A DNA stretch of 64,000 nt from Bacteroidales bacterium. GTDB lineage: Bacteria; Bacteroidota; Bacteroidia; Bacteroidales; Bacteroidaceae. The position numbers and the translations under genes were made by a program. Shown piece by piece: positions 22,996 to 32,801 of this stretch. Position 1 is the stretch's first letter, and the number at the start of each line of letters is the position of its first letter. Under the pieces are notes generated by a model that saw only the letters and a list, made by a program, of their open reading frames with translations, made no database searches and was not told the origin of the DNA. Location: NCBI GenBank assembly GCA_030531095.1, contig JAUNOO010000001.1:7747-71746 (forward strand), given 5' to 3'.

Positions 22996-23042
22996 AAAAA
23001 AGCCACGTGTATGTGTGCTCCACATGCACGCGGCTTTTTTTG
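22996..23042 (+). terminator. Terminator of ribosomal superoperon
   Basis: AAAAGCCACGTGTATGTG/CACATGCACGCGGCTTTT stem plus T-run. Confidence 0.8.
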
Positions 23043-23057
23043 TTCCCTTTTCTCGTT

Positions 23058-23145
23058 GAAACTTCCTGAGCTTTTTAAAATTAGTCCTGAGGTTTTGAGA
23101 ACAAAGCTCTGGACTTTTTGAAACTTGGTCCAGAACGCTTTGAAA
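23058..23145. repeat. 21-bp-period repeat, copy 2 (degenerate, direct and inverted units)
   Basis: TTCCTGAGCTTTT, TAGTCCTGAGGTTTT, inverted AAAGCTCTGGACT. Confidence 0.65.
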
Positions 23146-23316
23146 AACTCGGGTCGAAGTTTGAATTTCCCGAGCAGAAGTTTCAGAAACGCAAGGTCAT
23201 TTCGGACAATATGGTGCAGTTGCACCTGTAATTCTCCGACACTCTTTCCCGGTTCCGCCGTTGTCTTGGGTGGAATCGAAGAACCATTATCAAAAAAAAG
23301 ACAAACAACTGTTGGT

Positions 23317-26103
23317 ATGACAAGAATATTTACTTTGACGAAAGCGTTGCTCGCGCTTTCCCTCTTTTGCATTGCGGGAATTGTGGGTGCAAATGCGCAG
23401 ACGACGGTCGTGTACGACTTCACCAAAGCCGATGCCGCCAGTGCGTTTGGCGCTACGGTAGCGACCGGAAGTTCGGGCTATCTGACGGTGAATCAAGCTT
23501 ATCACCATTCGTCAGACCCCATCGCCTTCACGCCGACCGATGCAGAAGGTGTAAGATTTTTCTGCAGCAACGCCAATTTATACACCCTGCGTGTCAATAA
23601 TGGTGGCGCGTTCACGGTCAGCGCGGACAAAGGCTACCTCATTACAAGAATCAGAGCGTACATTTCTAAGTATTGCAAGGCTTATCTTTGGGGCGATGAC
23701 CTGTTTCCTTCAAATTCTTGGGGTGGTAGCGAGACTAGTGTTTTATTGAGTAATACCTCTGGCGTCACCTGCATCATCGACAGTATGGCTATCACTTATC
23801 AGCCCGAGTCGACGAGCGGAAAGAATGCCGCCAAACTGGATTTCTCTACCTCGACAGTTTCTGTGATTTTCGGTGAGACTGAGACCTTCACTGAGCCTAC
23901 ACTGACCGGCGAATCTGACGGCGCGGTGAGCTACGCCAGTTCTGACGAATCGGTCGCTACCGTGGACGAGAACGGCAATGTGACCATCCTCGCTGTGGGT
24001 ACTACTGAAATCACCGCCACGTCGGCAGAGACTGACGACTACGACGCCGGCACAGCCTCCTACACCCTGACGGTGTGGCCGTTGTATGAATCGCTCTCTG
24101 CGCTGAAGGCGCAAATCGTCAGCGACGCCAGCAGCACGGCGAAGGACTACTACGTCAAGTTGACCGATGCCGTCGTGTCGTATGCCAATACCTTTGCGGG
24201 CTACATCGAAGAAGGCACGACGGGTCTTGCCCTCTATTACAGCGACCACGGACTGGAGACCGGCAATGTGCTCAACGGCACGGTGAAGGTGTCCGCGCTG
24301 GTCTATAGGGGCTTGGCAGAAATCACCAACATCGAAGCCGCCGCCGAACAGATTACTACTGGTGGCACGGTTCCCACCCTCGAAGTCTCCATTGCCGACC
24401 TCATTGCCAATCAAGACCTCTACGACTCGCGCCGCGTGAAGATTAGCAGCGCAGAGGTGACGAAGACCCTCTCCGCAAGTATTGCCTACGTGGCGAAGGA
24501 CGGCTCGAGCCTCAAAATCTTTTCGTCTGCCGACCTGAACAATTTCAGCAACGTCGGCAACGTGGTCGACGTTGAGGGCTTCCTTTATTATTACTATTAT
24601 CATGACGACGTGTGGGGTAGAACGGAGTCTGGTCTCCAGTTCCGCGTTTGGGAAGAGCCCACGCTGGTGGAAGGAAAGGTGTCTCCCCGCTTGTCCTTCA
24701 CCACCACTTCCTATTCGGTCAGCGTGAACGGCAGTTTTCCGAGGCCAGTGCTGAACAATCCCTACGGCGTCGAAGTGACCTACTCCAGCAGCAACGAGGC
24801 TGTGGCTACGGTGGACGCCAACACCGGTGCAGTGACCATAGTTGCTGCCGGCACAGCGACCATCACCGCCTCGTCTGTGGCGACCGACGACTACCGCGCC
24901 GGCAGTGCTTCCTATAAGCTGACCGTCGTGGACGCCGACCAGGCTTACTACTACAAGAAGGTGACGAGCCAGAGCGATATTGTGAATGCTGGTTCTTATC
25001 TGATTGTCAGTCCCGACAAAAACTACTTCCTCGGCGCAGCCAACTCGGAAAGCACCTACCGCACTGCGGTGAGCGCCTCAAAGTTTTGCACGCACCTGAC
25101 GGACGAACTCATGCTGGTGAACCAGAACAACGTTTCGGGCGCGCCCTATGAGGTGACTATGTGGTCAACCGGGGTATATGAAGGCAAGGACACCTACTGG
25201 CTCGAAGTTGTAACCACTGATGAGAGCACAGGAGGCAGTACTGTCGGCTATCTGGCCCATACCTCCACCGCCAATGACATCAGCGAGGTGGCGGAAGGTA
25301 ATTTTTATCCGACGATGCGGTGGGCAGTCACTTTTAACGAGGCGGACGGTACAGTGGATATAATGAACACCGTGCCCTATCAGTATAACGGTTCAGAGAA
25401 ATACGGCTATCTGCAGTTCAATCCAACCTCAAGCGTAAGGCGGTTTGCCACCTATACGGGAACGCAGCAGGCTCCCATTCTCTACCGCCGCGTCAATGTC
25501 GGCCTGATTAACGTCGTCACCGAAGAGGGCTATGCCACCTTCTACACCGACAAGAACTTCAGAATGCCTGCCGGCCTCACCGGCACCACCATCACGGGTG
25601 TGGACGCCAACGGCCAACTCATTGCCGACTGGGCGTACACCGAGGGAACGGAAGTGCCCGGCGGAACCGGATTGCTCCTCAAGGGCGAGAAGGGCAGCTA
25701 CTACTACGTCGTCCTCGACGAAGTGAGCGCCACTGCGCCCGATGACAACCTGCTGCACGGCTTCACCACCGCCCAGACGATTCCGGCTGACGACTCGAAG
25801 AACTTCTACAAGCTGACTTACTCGGACGACGACCACGTCATCGGCTTCTACTGGGGCGCGCAGGATGGCGGACCCTTCTATTGCTCCGCCTACAAGTCCT
25901 ATCTGGCTCTGCCCAAAACGGCGGAAACCGCACTCGCCAACGGCTACTCCTTCGACCGCACCGTCACGTCCATTGCCGACGTGCGTCAGTCGCAGCCCGA
26001 CGCCGCTGTCTACAGCCTGACGGGCGTGCGCCTCGATGAAAACGTAGAGAGCCTGCCCAAGGGCTTCTATATCGTGGGCGGAAAGAAGGTAATTGTAAAG
26101 TAA
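23317..26103 (+). CDS. Secreted Ig-like (Big_2) repeat protein with T9SS-like tail, paralog 1
   Basis: Start moved to ATG 23317 (MTRIFTLTKALLALSLFCIAGIVGANA, matches paralog signal peptides); two SS(D/N)ExVATVD Big_2-like motifs; tail KGFYIVGGKKVIVK. Confidence 0.85.
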   Translation: MTRIFTLTKALLALSLFCIAGIVGANAQTTVVYDFTKADAASAFGATVATGSSGYLTVNQAYHHSSDPIAFTPTDAEGVRFFCSNANLYTLRVNNGGAFTVSADKGYLITRIRAYISKYCKAYLWGDDLFPSNSWGGSETSVLLSNTSGVTCIIDSMAITYQPESTSGKNAAKLDFSTSTVSVIFGETETFTEPTLTGESDGAVSYASSDESVATVDENGNVTILAVGTTEITATSAETDDYDAGTASYTLTVWPLYESLSALKAQIVSDASSTAKDYYVKLTDAVVSYANTFAGYIEEGTTGLALYYSDHGLETGNVLNGTVKVSALVYRGLAEITNIEAAAEQITTGGTVPTLEVSIADLIANQDLYDSRRVKISSAEVTKTLSASIAYVAKDGSSLKIFSSADLNNFSNVGNVVDVEGFLYYYYYHDDVWGRTESGLQFRVWEEPTLVEGKVSPRLSFTTTSYSVSVNGSFPRPVLNNPYGVEVTYSSSNEAVATVDANTGAVTIVAAGTATITASSVATDDYRAGSASYKLTVVDADQAYYYKKVTSQSDIVNAGSYLIVSPDKNYFLGAANSESTYRTAVSASKFCTHLTDELMLVNQNNVSGAPYEVTMWSTGVYEGKDTYWLEVVTTDESTGGSTVGYLAHTSTANDISEVAEGNFYPTMRWAVTFNEADGTVDIMNTVPYQYNGSEKYGYLQFNPTSSVRRFATYTGTQQAPILYRRVNVGLINVVTEEGYATFYTDKNFRMPAGLTGTTITGVDANGQLIADWAYTEGTEVPGGTGLLLKGEKGSYYYVVLDEVSATAPDDNLLHGFTTAQTIPADDSKNFYKLTYSDDDHVIGFYWGAQDGGPFYCSAYKSYLALPKTAETALANGYSFDRTVTSIADVRQSQPDAAVYSLTGVRLDENVESLPKGFYIVGGKKVIVK

Positions 26104-26126
26104 TCAAATAATTAAAATCAGAAGAT

Positions 26127-28883
26127 ATGAAAAGAATAACTACTTCAGCAAAGGCGTTGCTCGCGCTTTTCCTCTTGTGTGTTGGAGGGATTGCGGGAGC
26201 GAACGCGGAGACTGCAACTTTCAGTTTTAACGAACCTCTCTTCATCTCTGAGACGATGAAACTGGATCCACCGCCTTCGGGTGGTGGTACGGAGATTGGA
26301 ACTTCTGCTTATACTGTAGATAATGTTTCAATGAGTGCAACAAATGGTACAACAGCCACAAGACTGTGGTGCGACAACACCTCCGGTACGTATCATTTGA
26401 GAGTTTACGAAAATGGAACTTTAACCTTTAGCACCCCAGATGGGTACGAGATTACAAAAATAGAGTGTACGTTCACTGGCAATTATGCCTCAAGATTTAG
26501 TGCAGATTGTGGCACGTGGACAAGCGGAACAACATCTGGCACTTGGGAGGGACAGTCTCCTTCTGTGACGTTTACAGCTTCAGCTCAAGCCCGTTTGTTG
26601 ACAGTCACAGTCACGTATCAAAAAGGTCTTCGCAATCCCAACCTTAGCTTCTCGACCACAGCATTTACGATTTGTAAATACGATGATATCACAGCTCCCA
26701 CGCTGAATTATGCTACTGGCTTTGACGGCACCGTGACGTATTCCAGCGACAATGAAGATGTGGCATATGTTGATAATGAAGGCGAAGTGTATATTGGAGT
26801 CAGCACTGGCACAGCGACCATCACGGCGCAGTCTGCGGCAACCGATAATTTCTACGCGGGCTCGGCTTCTTATACCATTACCGTCCTTCCGTACTTCTCT
26901 GGTGGTCTGGCCGAACTGAAGGCACAAATTATCGAAGACGCCGGCGCGGCAGAATATTACGTCTATCTGTCTTCTACCGTCGTCACCTATGTGAATGATG
27001 CCTATGCCTACCTTGAGGATCTGGATAAAGGGATCGGTCTGGTCTACTATAAGGAAGACGGCGACCACGTTTTGGAAGCTGGCGATAGACTGATCGACAA
27101 AGTGAAAGTCTCCACCATGGTCTATAACGGCTTGGCAGAAATCACCAGTCTCGAATTCACGGAAGAAGGCCAGATATACCTTAAGAACGCCGATGTCCCC
27201 GTTACGGGGGCAACCATTGCCCAACTGAACGCCAGTCCGGACACCTACGACTCGCGCCGCGTGAAAATTATCGGCGCAACGGTGACGACGCCCCAATCGG
27301 AAGAGAGCAATGAGGCCGTGCTGACGCTGGGAGGCTCGACCATCAAGGCGTATTCCACTCTTCCCTTGGACCATCTTTCTACTGCCGGCAACGTAGTCGA
27401 CGTCATTGGTTATCTTTACACCTACGGCACGGAACTCTACTTCCGCGTATGGGAAGACCCCACGGGTAAGACCAATCCCGCCCTGTCCTTCTCTGCCACC
27501 ACGGCTACGGTCAATAATGGCGATACCTTCACGGCGCCCGAACTGACCAATCCAAACAGCATGACGGTGACTTACAGCAGCAGCAATGAGGCTGTGGCTA
27601 CGGTCGATGCCTCCACTGGCGAGGTGACTATCGTTGGTATCGGTACGACGGTCATCACCGCCTCGTCTGAAGCGACCGATGATTATCTTGCAGGCGAAGC
27701 CTCTTACACGCTGACGGTCGTAGACCCCAATGGAGTTTACTACTACAAGAAAGTGACGCGCCAGGACGACATCGTGGCTGGTGGCGTTTATCTGATTGCA
27801 AGCCCTGACGTAGACTACTTTGCTGGTGCGCAGTCGACTACGTCTACCAAGTATCGCACGATAGTGGACGCCACAACAGCAAGCACAACCCTCATGGGCG
27901 GTCTGCTGCAAATCAGCCAGACTGGAGTCAATGCTACGGGCATGCCCTATGAGGTGACTCTGGTGGAAAGCGAGACGGCGGGTGAATACAAACTTCAGAT
28001 TCTTGGTAGCGATGGCACAACCGCCTATCTGGTTCATAATTCTTCCAGCAATGACGTAAAAGAAGATGACTCTTCTGACGCGGACGGCAGTTTGTGGAAA
28101 CTTACTTACGACGAGACGAAAGGTACTGTTTCTGTGCAGAACACGACGCAGTATGCAAAGAGCGGCACATTGAGTGACTGGTATCTTCAGTACAATTCGA
28201 ACAAAAATCAACAGAGATTTGCCACCTATACGAATTCTATGAAAGACCCCGTCCTCTACCGCCGCGTCGAGGCTGGTCAGCTGACCATCGTCGCCGAAGA
28301 GGGCTACGCCACCTACTTCACCGACAAGAACTTTGAAATGCCAGTAGGTGTTACCGGTACGACCATCACGGGCGTGGACAATGGCAACCTGAACGCCGCT
28401 TGGGGATACACTGAGGGCGCTGAAGTTCCTGCTGAAACCGCGCTGCTCGTCAAGGGCACGCCGGGCACTTACTACTACGCCATTCTCGACAACGTGACTG
28501 CCACAAAGCCCGAAGGCAATCTGCTGAACGGCTACACTACCGATACCCCAATTACGGCGGACGACACGAAGAACTTCTACAAGCTGACTTATTCTAACGA
28601 CGGCAGTGCGTTCGGCTTCTACTGGGGCGCAGAAAACGGCGGTGCCTTCACTTGCAAAGCCAACAAGGCTTACTTGGAACTGGACAAAACGCAGAGCGCG
28701 CAGGCCAACGGATTCTCCTTCGGCGACAACGGCGAAATCACCTCTATCACAGGCGTGAAGCAGTCGCAGTCTGCCGCCGACGCAGCAGTCTATAGCCTGA
28801 AGGGCGTCCGTCTCAATGGCAACCTCGACAGCCAGACGAAGGGCCTCTACATCGTGAACGGAAAGAAAGTATTGGTAAAGTAA
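26127..28883 (+). CDS. Secreted Ig-like repeat protein with T9SS-like tail, paralog 2
   Basis: Signal peptide, same domain order as paralogs 1 and 3; tail KGLYIVNGKKVLVK. Confidence 0.87.
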   Translation: MKRITTSAKALLALFLLCVGGIAGANAETATFSFNEPLFISETMKLDPPPSGGGTEIGTSAYTVDNVSMSATNGTTATRLWCDNTSGTYHLRVYENGTLTFSTPDGYEITKIECTFTGNYASRFSADCGTWTSGTTSGTWEGQSPSVTFTASAQARLLTVTVTYQKGLRNPNLSFSTTAFTICKYDDITAPTLNYATGFDGTVTYSSDNEDVAYVDNEGEVYIGVSTGTATITAQSAATDNFYAGSASYTITVLPYFSGGLAELKAQIIEDAGAAEYYVYLSSTVVTYVNDAYAYLEDLDKGIGLVYYKEDGDHVLEAGDRLIDKVKVSTMVYNGLAEITSLEFTEEGQIYLKNADVPVTGATIAQLNASPDTYDSRRVKIIGATVTTPQSEESNEAVLTLGGSTIKAYSTLPLDHLSTAGNVVDVIGYLYTYGTELYFRVWEDPTGKTNPALSFSATTATVNNGDTFTAPELTNPNSMTVTYSSSNEAVATVDASTGEVTIVGIGTTVITASSEATDDYLAGEASYTLTVVDPNGVYYYKKVTRQDDIVAGGVYLIASPDVDYFAGAQSTTSTKYRTIVDATTASTTLMGGLLQISQTGVNATGMPYEVTLVESETAGEYKLQILGSDGTTAYLVHNSSSNDVKEDDSSDADGSLWKLTYDETKGTVSVQNTTQYAKSGTLSDWYLQYNSNKNQQRFATYTNSMKDPVLYRRVEAGQLTIVAEEGYATYFTDKNFEMPVGVTGTTITGVDNGNLNAAWGYTEGAEVPAETALLVKGTPGTYYYAILDNVTATKPEGNLLNGYTTDTPITADDTKNFYKLTYSNDGSAFGFYWGAENGGAFTCKANKAYLELDKTQSAQANGFSFGDNGEITSITGVKQSQSAADAAVYSLKGVRLNGNLDSQTKGLYIVNGKKVLVK

Positions 28884-29131
28884 TAACGGAAAGGAAATTC
28901 ATCATGAAAGCATACATCAAACCTACCAGCGAAATCATCAACCTCACTCCCGAAAACATGTTGGCCAAATCTGGTCCATCGGTCTACGACGAGTCTTCCA
29001 ATGGCGACATGTACAGCAACAAAAAAGGCTGGGACAGCTCCCAGTGGATCAACGAGGAAGAATAATAGCACTCTGTCTTCAGAGTAATCCGTAAATGCGA
29101 CGGGCGTACCGAACAAAACCGGTGCGCCCGT
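28713..29131 (+). repeat. ~420-bp direct repeat (CTD + peptide gene + terminator), copy 1
   Basis: Near-identical to 31920-32345 except in peptide middle. Confidence 0.9.
28904..29065 (+). CDS. Small YxxP-leader peptide B, 53 aa (MKAYIKPTSEIINLTPENMLAKSGPSVYDESSNGDMYSNKKGWDSSQWINEEE)
   Basis: Hand translation; not in ORF track; paralog of 4263 and 32111. Confidence 0.85.
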   Translation: MKAYIKPTSEIINLTPENMLAKSGPSVYDESSNGDMYSNKKGWDSSQWINEEE

Positions 29132-29196
29132 CTTTTTGTGTAGTCCACAGATTAGGCGAAGCACGCGACCCCGCAGCGTGTTTCGCCTTTCTTTTA
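29099..29196 (+). terminator. Two tandem intrinsic terminators
   Basis: GACGGGCGTACCG/CGGTGCGCCCGTC + T5; AGGCGAAGCACGC/GCGTGTTTCGCCT + TTCTTTT. Confidence 0.75.
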
Positions 29197-29229
29197 CTTA
29201 TTTGTAGCACGATTGTGATAAGCCCTCTC

Positions 29230-29237
29230 TAATTTTG
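29230..29237 (+). promoter_or_regulatory. -7 promoter element (TAATTTTG) for paralog 3
   Basis: TAnnTTTG match after terminators, upstream of ATG 29346. Confidence 0.55.
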
Positions 29238-29345
29238 CAGGCGAAAACTAGACCGACCGCGCCCCGCATTGGTGCCGCCCTCGTCCGGAAAACAAAAGAT
29301 GGCAAGCTAAGAAAATATCACCAACAATAATCAAATTCTGATGAA

Positions 29346-32090
29346 ATGAAAAAGTTTACAACTTCAATGAGGACGCTGCTCGCCCTTTTCCTCTTGTGTA
29401 TTGGAGGGATTGCGGGAGTGAGTGCAGAGACGGCTACTTTTAGCTTTAGCGATTTGAACTTCATCACTGGGACGATGGGTGTAACAGAATCTGAAGCGAG
29501 CGGTTTTAACATTGGGACTAACACCTATACTGTGGGTGAGGTCACAATGAGTGCAACAGATGGTGACACACCTACGAGACTATGGGTTACCAGTGGGAAG
29601 TATCATTTGAGAATATACAACAATGGTGGAACTATAACCTTTGGTGCCTCTGAAGGGTACGAGATTACAAAAATAGAGTGTAGTTTTAGAATTAGTAATA
29701 ATGGCGCATCTAAACTAACTGCAAATGTTGGCACTTGGTCTGGAGGAACAACTACTGGCACTTGGACGGGTTCATCCTCTTCTGTGACCTTTACCGCTGC
29801 CACAGGTACTGCTCAAATGTTGACGGCGACTATCACGTACGCCGCAACGTCTGGACTGCCAAAGCCTGAACATAATTTCTCTGAAACTGAGTTTACACTT
29901 AAGCAAGGTGAGACAACTTTCACGGCTCCCACGCTGACTTCTGCTACTGACTTTGACGGCACAGTGACGTATTTCAGTGACAATGAAGATGTAGCAACGG
30001 TCAATTCCTCCACTGGTGAAGTGACTATAAAAGGTGGAGCAGGTACGGCGACCATCACTGCACACTCTGCTGAAACCGCCAACTTCGCCGAGGGGTCGGC
30101 TTCTTATACGATTACGGTCATTCCTGTCTTCTCTTCTCTCGCAGCACTGAAGTCTCAAATCACTGCTGCCAGTAGCACCGCCTACGTCACGTTGACCGAT
30201 GCTGTTGTGACCTATGTAAATGGTTCTTACGCCTATATTGAGGAAGGTGAGACCGGTCTTGTCTACTATAACCGCAGTCACGGTATGGAGGCTGGCAACG
30301 TGTTGAACGGCACGATGAAAGTTACCACTACTATCTATTATGGTTTGGATGAAATCACCAGTCTTGATGCCTCTGAGGGCACGATTACCACTGGCGGCAC
30401 TATCTCTACAACGACGGCAACCATAGCCGAACTGAATGCCAGTCCGAGCACCTACGATTCCCGCCGCGTGAAGATTAGTGGTGCTACGGTGACGACGGTC
30501 CAATCTGGCACTTCGGCTACGTTGTCGCAAGGTGATGCGACTCTCGCGCTGTATTTAGGCAGCAACACCTTCAAAGCTCTTGGCACTGTGGGCAACACCG
30601 TCGACGTCATCGGCTACCTCTATTACTATAACTCAGAGCTCCAGTTCCGCGTATGGGAAGAGCCCACGTTGGTAAGTGGAAAGGTTGACCCCAATCTGTC
30701 TTTCTCCGCCACCACTGCGACTGCCAATTTGGGCGAGAGCTTCACTGCTCCGACGCTGAGCAATCCCAACGGCGTGACGGTGACCTACAGTAGCAGCAAT
30801 ACGGCTGTGGCTACGGTGAATGCCAACACTGGCGCGGTGACTATAAATGCCGCTGGTACAACGACTATCACTGCCTCCTTTGACGGAGATGAAAGTTACA
30901 ACGCCGGCGATGCTTCTTATACGCTGACGGTTGTAGACCCCAATAAGGTTTACTACTACAAGAAAGTGACGCGCCAGAGCGACATTGTGGACGGTGGCGT
31001 TTATCTGATTGCAAGCCCCAATTCCGATTACTTTGCTGGTGCGCAGTCAACTACGAACACCAAGTATCGCACGGTAGTGGACGCTTCTACTGTCGGCACG
31101 ACCCTCACTGGCGGCCTGTTGCAGATTAACCAGTCCGCAGTCAACGTCTCCGGCGTACCCTATGAGGTGACTTTGGTTGAAAGTTCGACGACGGGTGAAT
31201 ACGCACTTCAGATTTTGGGCAGCGAGGGTACAGAGGCCTATCTGGTTCATAATTCCTCCAGCAATGACGTCACAGAAGGTGAATCTTCTGACGCAGAGGG
31301 CGGTCTCTGGACGCTCACCTACAATGAGAACGGCACAGTAAACATAGAGAATAATTTGACCTATACTTATAACAAAGTGGAAGGTTCTGTCGGTCATCTG
31401 CGATTCAATTCAAGTGCAGAGCGCTTTGCGACCTATACGACGCAGCAAGACCCCGTCCTCTACCGCCGCGTCGAGGTTGGCCAGCTGACCATCGGCACCG
31501 AAGAGGGTTACGCCACCTACTTCACCGACCAGAACTTTGAAATGCCTGCAGGTGTCACCGGTACGACCATCACGGGTGTGGACGCAGAAGGCAACCTGAC
31601 TGCCGCTTGGGAATACACTGAGGGCGCTGAAGTTCCTGCCAACACTGCGCTGCTCGTCAAGGGCGATAAGGGCACTTACTACTACGCCATTCTCGACGAC
31701 GTGAGCGCCACGACGCCCGAAGACAATCTGTTGAACGGCTACACCACCGCCACCCAGATTCCTGTGGACAATACGAAGTGCTTCTACAAGCTGACCTATT
31801 CTGACGACGACCACGTTCTCGGCTTCTACTGGGGCGAAGAAAATGGCGGTTCATTCCTCTGCTCTGCCAACAAGGCCTACCTTTCGCTGACCAGAGCGCA
31901 GAACGCCCACGCCAAGGGCTTCTCCTTCGGCGACAACGGCGAAATCACTTCCATCACTGGCGTGAAACAGTCGCAGTCTGCCGCCGACGCAGCAGTCTAC
32001 AGCCTGAAGGGCGTCCGTCTCAATGGCAACCTCGACAGCCAGACGAAGGGCCTCTACATCGTGAACGGAAAGAAAGTATTGGTAAAGTAA
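29346..32090 (+). CDS. Secreted Ig-like repeat protein with T9SS-like tail, paralog 3
   Basis: Signal peptide, Big_2-like motifs; final ~55 aa identical to paralog 2. Confidence 0.87.
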   Translation: MKKFTTSMRTLLALFLLCIGGIAGVSAETATFSFSDLNFITGTMGVTESEASGFNIGTNTYTVGEVTMSATDGDTPTRLWVTSGKYHLRIYNNGGTITFGASEGYEITKIECSFRISNNGASKLTANVGTWSGGTTTGTWTGSSSSVTFTAATGTAQMLTATITYAATSGLPKPEHNFSETEFTLKQGETTFTAPTLTSATDFDGTVTYFSDNEDVATVNSSTGEVTIKGGAGTATITAHSAETANFAEGSASYTITVIPVFSSLAALKSQITAASSTAYVTLTDAVVTYVNGSYAYIEEGETGLVYYNRSHGMEAGNVLNGTMKVTTTIYYGLDEITSLDASEGTITTGGTISTTTATIAELNASPSTYDSRRVKISGATVTTVQSGTSATLSQGDATLALYLGSNTFKALGTVGNTVDVIGYLYYYNSELQFRVWEEPTLVSGKVDPNLSFSATTATANLGESFTAPTLSNPNGVTVTYSSSNTAVATVNANTGAVTINAAGTTTITASFDGDESYNAGDASYTLTVVDPNKVYYYKKVTRQSDIVDGGVYLIASPNSDYFAGAQSTTNTKYRTVVDASTVGTTLTGGLLQINQSAVNVSGVPYEVTLVESSTTGEYALQILGSEGTEAYLVHNSSSNDVTEGESSDAEGGLWTLTYNENGTVNIENNLTYTYNKVEGSVGHLRFNSSAERFATYTTQQDPVLYRRVEVGQLTIGTEEGYATYFTDQNFEMPAGVTGTTITGVDAEGNLTAAWEYTEGAEVPANTALLVKGDKGTYYYAILDDVSATTPEDNLLNGYTTATQIPVDNTKCFYKLTYSDDDHVLGFYWGEENGGSFLCSANKAYLSLTRAQNAHAKGFSFGDNGEITSITGVKQSQSAADAAVYSLKGVRLNGNLDSQTKGLYIVNGKKVLVK

Positions 32091-32345
32091 TAACGGAAAG
32101 GAAATTCATCATGAAAGCATACATCAAACCTACCAGCGAAATCATCAACCTCATCCCCGAAAACATGTTGGCTAAATCTGGCGATACCCCTCAGCCCAAC
32201 GACGAGTATTCCGGGAACGACATGTACAGCAACAAAAAAGGCTGGGACAGCTCCCAGTGGAGCAACGAGGAAGAATAATAGCACTCTGTCTTCAGAGTAA
32301 TTCGTAAATGCGACGGGCGTACCGAACAAAAAACGGTGCGCCCGT
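31920..32345 (+). repeat. ~420-bp direct repeat, copy 2
   Basis: Near-identical to 28713-29131. Confidence 0.9.
32111..32278 (+). CDS. Small YxxP-leader peptide C, 55 aa (MKAYIKPTSEIINLIPENMLAKSGDTPQPNDEYSGNDMYSNKKGWDSSQWSNEEE)
   Basis: Hand translation; not in ORF track; the indel versus peptide B is in frame. Confidence 0.85.
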   Translation: MKAYIKPTSEIINLIPENMLAKSGDTPQPNDEYSGNDMYSNKKGWDSSQWSNEEE

Positions 32346-32350
32346 TTTCT
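32312..32350 (+). terminator. Intrinsic terminator after peptide C
   Basis: ACGGGCGTACCG/CGGTGCGCCCGT + TTTCT. Confidence 0.7.
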
Positions 32351-32801
32351 GTGGGCGGGAAAATCCGTGCGGAAATGCTATCTTTGCGGTATGTGATGGC
32401 GGAATATACCGCCGATTTGGTATTTCGCAGAAAAATGTCCCTTCGTACCTTTGCACCGTCGGGACAGAATGGCTCATGTCAGCTGTCCGGAATTGGTCGA
32501 GAAATCGGGGAAATTCATCGATAAAAAGACGTTAGTTTTTATTAACGAAAAAGAAAACCATCTGAATTTTCTTATTTGCTATATTTGCGAATGTGAAATG
32601 GTGGTTTTGCAGCTGCCGCGCTACAGCTACCAGACACGTGACCAGCTAACTAATTATTAATAAGTATATTGGCGGTCGTTTCTCTGCTCCATGAAGCGGT
32701 CGTCTAAATTGTAAGAAGGAGCAATTGTTGAATTTGCCTGTCTCGTAAAGTTCAGAGAGAAGTAGAACCTTGCGGGGTCTGGCCACAAAAAACAAAGTGC
32801 C

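Noticed and set aside
23125-23316. N-terminal extension of the 992-aa ORF
   Set aside because: Overlaps repeat DNA; the signal peptide and paralog alignment place the start at 23317.
28904-29065. Complete lasso peptide/RiPP gene cluster
   Set aside because: No cyclase, peptidase, RRE, radical SAM or dedicated transporter nearby; kept only as a trans-maturation hypothesis.
28713-32345. Diversity-generating retroelement template/variable repeat pair
   Set aside because: No reverse transcriptase in the window; differences are not adenine-specific and include an indel.
32398-32414. GCGG-AATATA-CCGC mini-palindrome, similar to one near 46145
   Set aside because: Too short and too few copies to distinguish from chance.
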